From Gammaproteobacteria bacterium (GTDB taxonomy: Bacteria > Pseudomonadota > Gammaproteobacteria > Granulosicoccales > Granulosicoccaceae): a stretch of 38,612 nucleotides of DNA. The DNA is taken from positions 1 to 38,612 of the forward strand of contig DOIU01000060.1 of NCBI GenBank assembly GCA_003511825.1, given 5' to 3'. Positions 29,444 through 37,426 of the stretch are shown piece after piece (the first letter of the stretch is position 1; each line of letters opens with the position of its first letter). The position numbers were made by a program, and so were the translations under genes. The notes under the pieces are model-generated. The model saw only the letters and a list, made by a program, of their open reading frames with translations, had not been told where the DNA came from and searched no databases.

Positions 29444-29875
29444 ATGCCTCGACTACAGCTGGATATGCCCAGCCATTATTTCTATTCAACCACCTTGCCC
29501 GTTCGCATCAGCGATATTAATTATGGCGGCCATTTGGGCAATGATGCGGTATTAGCGCTGGCGCACGAAGCGCGGGTGCGCTTCTTAAATCACTACCACT
29601 ACAACGAGCTGGATATTGAAGGCTTGGGCCTGATAGTGGCGGATTCGGCCATCGTCTACAAAGCGGAGGCCTTTTATGGCGACGCCGTGCAGATTGAAGT
29701 GACAGTCACCGATTTTAATCGTTACGGCTGCGACTTTTACTATTTGCTCAGCAATAAAGACAGTGCCGTTGAGATTGCGCATGCAAAAACAGGCGTGGTG
29801 TTTTTTGATTATTCTGCGCGCAAAGTGGTGAGTATGCCCGCGTCGTTTAAAGCATGCTTTATTAAGGAATTGTAA
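29444..29875 (+). CDS. Hotdog-fold acyl-CoA thioesterase (4HBT/YbgC-like)
   Basis: VRISDINYGGHLGND, HEAR, YKAEAFYGD, KTGVVFFDY; AGGAG RBS. Confidence 0.88.
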   Translation: MPRLQLDMPSHYFYSTTLPVRISDINYGGHLGNDAVLALAHEARVRFLNHYHYNELDIEGLGLIVADSAIVYKAEAFYGDAVQIEVTVTDFNRYGCDFYYLLSNKDSAVEIAHAKTGVVFFDYSARKVVSMPASFKACFIKEL

Positions 29876-29952
29876 AACACGTTAAAAAACTAAGGATTTC
29901 TGCCGTTTAGTCTCTCCATTTGCTGGCTCACGTCAAAAAAAATGTTGCAGCG

Positions 29953-29967
29953 TGATAAAATGCGCGT
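29953..29967 (+). promoter_or_regulatory. Putative extended -10 promoter for gap
   Basis: TGaTAAAATgcgcgt in the AT-rich intergenic region. Confidence 0.3.
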
Positions 29968-30105
29968 CTTGACTGCGGCGATGGGCGGCAGTCTTGAGTT
30001 ATCTGAACGATTTTCAGCAAAAACAATACACTATCTATCGCTAGTGATCGCCTGCAGCCTGTGCAGGAGTGGCTTCAGCAAGTATAAAAACAGTAAAGGT
30101 AAGTT

Positions 30106-31545
30106 ATGGCTCCTATTGAAAGTGACGAAATCCTCAACGATTGGAAGACACGTCAATCGCTTGCGGAAAAAATGATCCCCGTGGTCGGCCAGTTGTATCG
30201 CGACCAAGGTATCGTGATTCGCGTGTTTGGGCGCCGACTGATGGACGGTTCCAAACTCGATATCCTCAAGGCTCACAAGTTTGCTCGTCAAATGGTTGGC
30301 GAGGAGCTGGACATCGAGCAAAGCTTCTCCATGCTTGAGGCGCTCAGCAAACTCAAGGTGTCTCCGGCACGTATTGATCTTGGCAAACTGTGCCACCACT
30401 ACGCCGAGTCTGGTAACGGCCGCAGCATGCATGACTACTTGCAGGAGACCCTGTCGGACGTCATTACTGATCAGCCAGTGGATCAGGGCGAGCCTAAGGA
30501 CGTTGTGCTTTATGGCTTCGGCCGAATCGGTCGTCTGGTTGCACGCATGCTCATTGACCGCACGGGCGGTGGTTACAAGATGCGTCTGCGAGCCATTGTC
30601 GTTCGTGGAAAAGGTGGCGACTTTGAGAAGCGCGCCAGCCTGCTGCGACGCGATTCTGTGCATGGGCCGTTCTCGGGTTCTATCACGACTGACGAAGCGT
30701 CTAACTCGATTATCGCCAACGGTAATGTGATCCGCCTGATCTACGCCAACTCGCCTGACGAAGTGGATTACACGCAGTACGGCATTGATAATGCCCTTAT
30801 TGTAGACAACACCGGCATCTGGAAAGATGAAGACGGCCTTGGCCTGCACCTGAAAGCCCGTGGCGCCTCAAAAGTCCTGTTGACCGCACCCGCGAAAGGT
30901 GAGATCAAGAACATCGTCTACGGTGTCAACCACGAAGAGATCAGCCCTGAAGATAAGATCCTGTGCGCGGCTTCGTGTACGACCAATGCGATCGTACCGG
31001 TGCTGAAGGTGATCAATGATCATTTCGGTATTCGTAACGGGAACATTGAAACCGTTCACTCATACACGAACGATCAGAACCTGATTGACAATTACCACAA
31101 AGCTGAGCGTCGTGGTCGCAGCGCACCCTTGAACATGGTGTTGACCTCAACAGGGGCGGCGAAGGCCGTTGCAAAGGCACTGCCCGAACTCGCGGGTATC
31201 CTGACCGGTAACGCCATCCGTGTACCCACGCCGAATGTGTCTATGGCGCTGATGAGTCTCAACCTCAATCAAGGCACGAGCAAAGATGAGTTGAATGCCT
31301 TCTTGCGTGATAAAGCGCTGAACTCTTCTCTACAAGAGCAAATCGGCTACACTTCGTCGACAGAACTCGTCTCGACTGACATGGTGGGCTCCGTCAATGC
31401 GGGTGTGATTGATTCTGCCGCGACCATCGTTGATGGTGACAGAGTTGTGTTGTATGTTTGGTATGACAATGAAGCCGGCTACAGCAGCCAGGTCATTCGC
31501 GTGATGCAGGATCTGGTGGGCTTGAAGCTGCCTGACCTGCCGTAG
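30106..31545 (+). CDS. gap: Glyceraldehyde-3-phosphate dehydrogenase, long (N-terminally extended) type
   Basis: About 130-aa N-terminal extension, then LYGFGRIGR, ASCTTN, HSYTNDQ, STGAAKAV, RVPT, WYDNE. Confidence 0.94.
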   Translation: MAPIESDEILNDWKTRQSLAEKMIPVVGQLYRDQGIVIRVFGRRLMDGSKLDILKAHKFARQMVGEELDIEQSFSMLEALSKLKVSPARIDLGKLCHHYAESGNGRSMHDYLQETLSDVITDQPVDQGEPKDVVLYGFGRIGRLVARMLIDRTGGGYKMRLRAIVVRGKGGDFEKRASLLRRDSVHGPFSGSITTDEASNSIIANGNVIRLIYANSPDEVDYTQYGIDNALIVDNTGIWKDEDGLGLHLKARGASKVLLTAPAKGEIKNIVYGVNHEEISPEDKILCAASCTTNAIVPVLKVINDHFGIRNGNIETVHSYTNDQNLIDNYHKAERRGRSAPLNMVLTSTGAAKAVAKALPELAGILTGNAIRVPTPNVSMALMSLNLNQGTSKDELNAFLRDKALNSSLQEQIGYTSSTELVSTDMVGSVNAGVIDSAATIVDGDRVVLYVWYDNEAGYSSQVIRVMQDLVGLKLPDLP

Positions 31546-31564
31546 CGGATAGCGTAGTCCCCCT

Positions 31565-31596
31565 AAAAAAGCCCGGCATTCTCGCCGGGCTTTTTT
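31565..31596. terminator. Bidirectional rho-independent terminator after gap
   Basis: AAAAAA-GCCCGGC-attctc-GCCGGGC-TTTTTT. Confidence 0.9.
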
Positions 31597-31684
31597 GTGC
31601 GCGACGTGTTGGTTCGGATTCCGCCGCCACAGGGCAGTGTTGAGTGATGATTGAGATGCGCAGGAGATCTGGATCTGAAAAGAT

Positions 31685-32110
31685 GTGAGTCACATACACA
31701 TTGCTGATGCAGAGCTGACTATCATGCAAGCGCCGATGGCGGGCGTGCAAGACACCGCGTTGGCGATTACCGTCAATTCAGCGGGTGGGCTGGGGTCTCT
31801 ACCCTGTGCAATGCTGTCACCGAGTCAGCTCGCAGCGGAGTTGCAGGCCCTAAAACAGGCTAAGGGTGCTGCTATCCACGCCAACTTCTTTTTTCATGCA
31901 GTGCGCCTGACGATGATGCAGATTTACAGGCGCGGTGGAGAGAGACGTTGACGCCGCGATGGCTTTAAGGTGCTGCTGCGGCGGCCGAAGCGCTTGGCAG
32001 AGACGACTTCACCCCGCTGTGGTGCAGCCAAAATGCCACCGAGGCACGCGCGATAGCGCGGTGGACATGACTAAGGCTCTTGCTGCCCGCTGCGCTGCTT
32101 GGACTGAGCG
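31685..32110 (+). pseudogene. Nitronate monooxygenase (2-nitropropane dioxygenase) family remnant
   Basis: N-terminus IMQAPMAGVQ...AGGLGSLPCAML...ANFF. A frameshift near 31905 gives PDDDADLQARWRETLTP; after TAA at 31966 the family's C-terminal motif AAAEALGRDDFTPLWCSQNA follows directly. The central part is missing. Confidence 0.85.
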
Positions 32111-32135
32111 AAATGTGTCTCAGGCGGATGATGTC

Positions 32136-32495
32136 TTAATCGTGCTTCGCTGTTTCCTGTGCGAGTCGTTCAGCGAGCACTTGCATCACTCTAATCGCAA
32201 AGTTGGGTGTTTGATCGACCATAAATAAAAAGCGCTTTTTGCTGATTTGTGCGATTTCGCAGTCAACTTTCGCGATGGCCGATACGCTGTGGCGGGTGTT
32301 GTTGATCAGGGTGACCTCGCCAAAGATATCACCTTGTGTGAGTGTTGTGAGTGTCCTGTTGTCTCGCTCCAAGGTGACTTCACCTTGAACGATGTCGTAC
32401 AGGTATTCGCCGTCGTCACCTTGCTGAAAGATGTGTTCTCCAGCGCGATAATGGTGGCGGTCTTCGGGGTGATGAAATACGTCAAAGCGGGGCAT
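32136..32495 (-). CDS. Stand-alone cyclic-nucleotide-binding domain protein
   Basis: IFQQGDDGEYLYDIVQGEV...GDIFGE...RHSVSAIA...PNFAIRVMQVLAERL; no HTH. Confidence 0.88.
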   Translation of the reverse strand: MPRFDVFHHPEDRHHYRAGEHIFQQGDDGEYLYDIVQGEVTLERDNRTLTTLTQGDIFGEVTLINNTRHSVSAIAKVDCEIAQISKKRFLFMVDQTPNFAIRVMQVLAERLAQETAKHD

Positions 32496-32666
32496 AAGCG
32501 CGGTGCCTATTCCTTCTACTATACTAGAGGCTGTCGTCAGGAGTTTGTTTAGCCACTATTCTACCTGATAGTGCGCGCATTGCACGCCAATGCAACTGCG
32601 GTGGCTAAGCGCTGGATGTCTAGCGCCTATGGTTTTACAGGGCTCATCAACCTAAGAGGATAGCAC

Positions 32667-33038
32667 GTGCACTATCTATTGGTATGGATTGGCGGCGTGG
32701 TGCCATCAATCGTATGGGGGCTGGGTGGAGTAGGCCGTTGTTCAGGGCTAGATCCTTGTGAACCGGTCGTGGCAGGGTTCCTTGAGCAAGTCATGGTCGC
32801 CTCCGCCTTGCTGGTTATCGGCTTGTGGCTGGCGACGATGTATCGTCAACGCCTATTTGGGCGGCCAAAGTCTAAACAGCATCCGCTGATGTACCTCGTC
32901 TACGGGGGGATGCTCGGAGGCGTCTTGCTGTGGGTGCAGCCCGCGAACGTGATGGCGTCTGCTGCGGGGCTGGTGATATGGCTCAGTATTGCCTTTATCG
33001 CTGGCAATGTGATGGCGCAACTGGTGAGGCGCCATTGA
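32667..33038 (+). CDS. Small integral membrane hypothetical protein (about 4 TM)
   Basis: GTG start after GAGGA; four hydrophobic segments; loop RCSGLDPC. Confidence 0.55.
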   Translation: MHYLLVWIGGVVPSIVWGLGGVGRCSGLDPCEPVVAGFLEQVMVASALLVIGLWLATMYRQRLFGRPKSKQHPLMYLVYGGMLGGVLLWVQPANVMASAAGLVIWLSIAFIAGNVMAQLVRRH

Positions 33039-33084
33039 ATGTTCTCATAGATTGCTTTCTGAGCTGTAAATGTACAGGCTTGTA

Positions 33085-35805
33085 TTATAAAATTTCTTTG
33101 TCCAGCGTCAGCTCCGCTGCGTAGTTTTCGATCAGCGTTTGCGCTTTCTCGATAGCATCTTGTCCATCGCGCTGTGTTTTTTCCAGGGCGCGTTTGGGGA
33201 TTTCCGAGGCCGTAGCATTTGTGTTGTTATATGCACCCTCTCCATAAGTTTTGCTGATCAGCGAGGGTAGATGAGGGACCAGCACTTGGCGATATAAAGT
33301 GTCAACATTCTTCCACAAGACGCGACTCTCTCGCACAAAGGTTTCGGCGAGATGGTGCTTGTCATCAATGCTTTTAACTTCTCGCGCTTGTTTCCAGAAA
33401 ACCTGAGACTTTTCCCTGATCAGGCTCAGCACGTCAGCAGTATCTTCCACAGCAGAGGCGAGATTTGAATTCATGGTATTGTCGGTATCCGCGCGCGCCA
33501 GCAACGTGGGTAGATGTTGCTCAAGCAGTTCATTGCCCGTCTCCAGCACAAGTACTGGGGTGAGCAGGTCGTGTATTAACTTGGATTCTTGTTCGATACT
33601 GGTGCTTTGGAATTCGTTTTCATCCGCCGGCGTCCCTGTGGGTGTTTCGCTTGAGTGGGCGCCACTCAAGTATTCTGAAAGTGTGTCTAGCAGTAGTGTT
33701 TCGTCTACCGGCTTCAGGACCAGCGTGTTAAATCCAGATTGTAAGCAGCGAGACATCAGCTCGGGCCTCGAATCACCACTTAATGCGATGATGGGTACTG
33801 TCGCGTAGTGCTTGAAGCGCGAGAACGTAGCTCCAGATCGGATTTGCTCAGTTGTTTCCCAGCCGTCTATACCAGGCATGTGTAGATCCATGATCACAGC
33901 GTCAAATGGTTCGAGTTCCATTTTGCGCAGAGCGGATGCACCGCTATGCTCACAGTGTACTTTCGCACCGTGAGGTTCCAGCCTGTATTTTACGTTAATG
34001 CAGTTAATATCTTCGTCATCAATGACCAGAATCGATTTCCCTTTGAGGATGTGCCAAGGGTGAGAGTTTTGCTCATTCTCTATGGCGGTGGTAATGCACT
34101 GAGACAGTCCGCGCAGAAATGTTAGCGTTGACACATCCTTGCTCAAGAAAGCCGTTGCGCCTGCGTCTATACATTGTTGTTGGGTGTTGTCATCAGGGCA
34201 GCCACTGTAGGCGAGAATAGGTAAGGTTTTGTGCTTGCGACATTGGTCGGCATGAAAAAATTGTCCATCGCGAATGAGTCGAATGGCGGTGAGTCCGTCC
34301 ATGCCAGGCATGATCGCGTCCATGACAACCATGTCGCAGGGGTTTGACTTTAAGTGGATCATTGCGTCTTGCGCATTGTCGATGATGGTCGCAGAGAACT
34401 TGCCTTCAGGTAGTTCGGCAAGACGTCGCTGTATGATCTCCGGTTCATCATCAACAAACAAAATATCAAAACCCTCCAATTTGCGAAGTTCCTCTGCACA
34501 CTTCTTCTGTAGGCTGCTCTCTAACGCAGAGGCTGATACTGGCGGGAATGACAGTTGAAACTGCGTGAACGCGCCAGTTTGTGACTCGCATTGAATCTGA
34601 CCGGCGAACATTCGCATCACTTTGCGACAGAAAGCCAATCCAATGCCGGTTCCGCCTCGCCCACCGCCTTCTGATGTATAAAACTCGTCGAATATATGCG
34701 GTAGACGCCTCGCAGAAATGCCATCCCCATTATCGCGTATCGTTAAAAAATTAGCTGAGCCATTGCTGTCAGTTGAGATTAAGATCTGGCCGTCATCATT
34801 AAGGTGAGCCAATGCGTTCTTGAGCAAATTGAAAATGACATGCATGAGCAACACATCAGATCCAAAAAAAGTAAAGTCTTGTGAGCAGCGAGTAAATACC
34901 TTCGACTTCTCTCTTGCCGAACCGAAGGGGTAGCGCGCCAAAGCGCTGTCAATAACGGTCTTAATGGAGTGATGATCAAACTGTTGTTTGCTGAGGTTGC
35001 GACTGCCCAGATCCATGAGCAGCATATTAATGATGGTATTGGCGTGTGTGACTTCGCGGATATTGCTCTGGAGTGATTGATCGATCAAGCGTCTGCGGGG
35101 ATCTGACGGTGATGATAGACCCAATTCTGCGACGGACTCTCGAGCTTTGCGAGCATGATGCTCGATACTGAGTAGCGGTGTCCGCAACTCATGAGCAAGT
35201 TCTCCTCCTACTGACGCCATGGCTTTTAACTTTGCCTGTCGGAGCTTAGCTGACTGATAGTTGAATAATCCACCCGCAATAATGACAAACAGATAAACGG
35301 GGATTTGGATCAGGTAGAGTTCTAAAGCGACAGGGTCTGGAGTTGTTGCAAAGTACGCTGTGATGGCTAATGCACTGCCGATGACATGTATAAGAAGTGC
35401 CAGGAACCAATCGTGAGCGACCATAACCAGGAGCGTTAACCCCGCCATGGCTGACATGCTCCAGACAATATTGCAGTTATTTTTGAGTAAGAGAAAGGTG
35501 AAGAAAAATGACATGCAGTAGGCGCATACATACAGCCAGAAAAGTCGTATGTATATACGACTTTTTCCTTCAAGTCGCTGCATCTGTGTAACTGTTAGCG
35601 CGGTCACAAAACCTACGACACTTAATCCAATATTGTCGTAAGGATGCGGGAACAATTCATGCCATATCCCATAAAACATGGGGAAACCTATGGCGCCAAC
35701 GAGACCTAGAATCTTTATATGGGGAAGTGAGTATTCTATTGACTCGTCGAGAGATTTTTCAATACGACTTGCGATAAACCAGAATAAGGAAACCATTGAC
35801 GTCAT
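33085..35805 (-). CDS. cqsS: CqsS/LqsS-like alpha-hydroxyketone sensor, hybrid histidine kinase with two REC domains and an extra tail
   Basis: About 6 TM with GFPMFYGIW...PYDN, WSMS and YLF...G-x-L motifs of CqsS; H-box AHELRTPL; F-x-F-x-GSD, NLLKNA, DNGDG, GTGIGLAFC; two RECs (DAIMPGMDG, DLHMPGIDG). Divergent from the cqsA-like gene. Confidence 0.85.
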   Translation of the reverse strand: MTSMVSLFWFIASRIEKSLDESIEYSLPHIKILGLVGAIGFPMFYGIWHELFPHPYDNIGLSVVGFVTALTVTQMQRLEGKSRIYIRLFWLYVCAYCMSFFFTFLLLKNNCNIVWSMSAMAGLTLLVMVAHDWFLALLIHVIGSALAITAYFATTPDPVALELYLIQIPVYLFVIIAGGLFNYQSAKLRQAKLKAMASVGGELAHELRTPLLSIEHHARKARESVAELGLSSPSDPRRRLIDQSLQSNIREVTHANTIINMLLMDLGSRNLSKQQFDHHSIKTVIDSALARYPFGSAREKSKVFTRCSQDFTFFGSDVLLMHVIFNLLKNALAHLNDDGQILISTDSNGSANFLTIRDNGDGISARRLPHIFDEFYTSEGGGRGGTGIGLAFCRKVMRMFAGQIQCESQTGAFTQFQLSFPPVSASALESSLQKKCAEELRKLEGFDILFVDDEPEIIQRRLAELPEGKFSATIIDNAQDAMIHLKSNPCDMVVMDAIMPGMDGLTAIRLIRDGQFFHADQCRKHKTLPILAYSGCPDDNTQQQCIDAGATAFLSKDVSTLTFLRGLSQCITTAIENEQNSHPWHILKGKSILVIDDEDINCINVKYRLEPHGAKVHCEHSGASALRKMELEPFDAVIMDLHMPGIDGWETTEQIRSGATFSRFKHYATVPIIALSGDSRPELMSRCLQSGFNTLVLKPVDETLLLDTLSEYLSGAHSSETPTGTPADENEFQSTSIEQESKLIHDLLTPVLVLETGNELLEQHLPTLLARADTDNTMNSNLASAVEDTADVLSLIREKSQVFWKQAREVKSIDDKHHLAETFVRESRVLWKNVDTLYRQVLVPHLPSLISKTYGEGAYNNTNATASEIPKRALEKTQRDGQDAIEKAQTLIENYAAELTLDKEIL

Positions 35806-35935
35806 CTAGCTGTATTCCTTTAACAGTCGTTATTCTATCCGAATTACAATGTTAGCATGTTTTGTAGCTATTTGCCAGGCTCGAAACTTGCCAGTGTAAC
35901 ACTAATTTTAACTCTCTCTGGAATGGAATACCGTA

Positions 35936-37180
35936 ATGAGCACGGATGATCGTATAAAAAATAAAGGCTACCCCACATTTCTCACACAGAAGATAGACGA
36001 TTATAACGATCGAATAATGACTGATGGTCAAGGTCATCATCTGATGAGAGGGCGTGCTGCCAGTAAAGATGATGTACACATTTGTAGTAATGACTATCTG
36101 TCACTCGCCAACCATCCACAAGTCATTGATGAGCAGATATCGATTCTAAATCAGCAAAGCGAATACATGCTCATGTCGGCAGTATTTTTAGATGATCAGA
36201 ATCCCCAAATATTGCTGGAAAACCAGTTTGCAGAATTCTTTGGTTCGAAAGATGGCATTTTGTGCCAGTCGGGCTATGCGGCAAATGTCGGGTTGATCCA
36301 AACCGTGGTTGAAAATACAAATGCTCCGGTTTTTATTGATCTGTACGCTCATATGTCTCTTTGGGATGGTATCAAAATGGCAGATCAAACACCCATTCCC
36401 TTCCGACACAATGACGTGGAACACTTGCGTCAGTTGATCATGCGGCATGGGCCGGGATTGGTGGTGGTGGACTCCGTGTATAGCACCAATGGCAGTGTCT
36501 GTCCGCTGCGCGAGTTGGTGCCTATGGCGCATGGGATGGGGTGCACGCTGTTGGTTGATGAGTCACATTCCTTAGGGACGCATGGCCCGCAGGGGCGTGG
36601 CATGGTGGTCGAGTACGGGTTTGAGGACATGGTGATGTTTCGCACCGCGAGCCTGGCCAAAGCGTTTGCAGGACGAGCCGGTTTGATTTTGTGTCCGGAA
36701 GGTTTTGCTGACTATTTCAAGTGCACGTCCAAGCCTTCGATTTTCAGTTCGACCATGCTGCCCTATGAGGTCGTGGGTTTGCAGAAGACCTTAGAACTCA
36801 TCAAAGACGCCGATGATCGGCGAGCCCAGTTGCGACAAAACACGCGCTTTTTGCAAAACCATATCAGCGACTTGGGTTACAGCATTGATGACAGTCAGGC
36901 GCAGATTATTGCTTTAGAGTCTGGGCCGGAGTGGGACACGATCCGCTTGCGCGATGCCCTAGAGAGTCGTGGCATTTTTGGTTCTGTGTTCTGCGCGCCG
37001 GCGACGGCGAAGACGCGTTCGTTGATTCGCCTATCGATCAATTCGGGGCTGACGGAGATGCAGCTGCACCGCGTTGTGCGTGCCTGTCGCGAGATCGTCA
37101 CGGAGCTTGATGTGCCAAACTGGAAGTCCACCAAACGCAAAGCGCGTGCTCAGGCGGCAGGCGTGCGTAAAATCGCGTAA
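35936..37180 (+). CDS. cqsA: CqsA/LqsA/JqsA-type alpha-hydroxyketone autoinducer synthase (PLP-dependent, AONS fold)
   Basis: SNDYL, LMSAVF, CQSGYAANVGL, AHMSLWDG, FRHND, VDSVYSTNG, VDESHSLGTHGPQG, TASLAKAFAGRAG (PLP Lys at 36659), IFSS, GSVFCAPAT. Confidence 0.92.
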   Translation: MSTDDRIKNKGYPTFLTQKIDDYNDRIMTDGQGHHLMRGRAASKDDVHICSNDYLSLANHPQVIDEQISILNQQSEYMLMSAVFLDDQNPQILLENQFAEFFGSKDGILCQSGYAANVGLIQTVVENTNAPVFIDLYAHMSLWDGIKMADQTPIPFRHNDVEHLRQLIMRHGPGLVVVDSVYSTNGSVCPLRELVPMAHGMGCTLLVDESHSLGTHGPQGRGMVVEYGFEDMVMFRTASLAKAFAGRAGLILCPEGFADYFKCTSKPSIFSSTMLPYEVVGLQKTLELIKDADDRRAQLRQNTRFLQNHISDLGYSIDDSQAQIIALESGPEWDTIRLRDALESRGIFGSVFCAPATAKTRSLIRLSINSGLTEMQLHRVVRACREIVTELDVPNWKSTKRKARAQAAGVRKIA

Positions 37181-37426
37181 TCGCATCCGGCGCCGTTATC
37201 AGCACCAGGCGCCAATCAACGAGCCCCGTCCGTTTGCCAGTGTCAGGCCCGCTCTGGGCCTGGCCTCATTGAGCGCCTCGTCGATCCTCACCGAACCAGA
37301 TCGTATCGAACTTCCCGATTCATCAGACCGAAGCGGTATACTGCGTGTCACCTTCTGCAGACCCCGTTCGCTTTCGCAATGCTGCGTCGCACAGTCGGTG
37401 TTGGACCACTAGGACACACGCACAAC

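Noticed and set aside
29870-30105. HexR/Cra-type operator upstream of gap
   Set aside because: Only half-site-like TGTA/TACA words, with no convincing palindrome.
30031-30849. 272-aa minus-strand ORF
   Set aside because: Antisense shadow of gap with no recognisable motifs. The same applies to 4832-5446 over hemF and the other nested ORFs.
31935-32228. 97-aa plus-strand ORF
   Set aside because: Out-of-frame by-product of the NMO pseudogene, overlapping the cNMP gene.
35936-37180. Annotation as BioF (8-amino-7-oxononanoate synthase) or Kbl
   Set aside because: It has CqsA-type motifs (MSAVF, HMSLW, DESHSLGTHG, SLAKAF, FCAPAT) rather than HASI/DDAH/T-x-GKA, no bio genes are nearby, and it is paired with a CqsS-like sensor.
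37242-37264. Hairpin gtcaggccc-gctct-gggcctggc after cqsA as a terminator or sRNA
   Set aside because: No U-tract and no other support; not enough to call.
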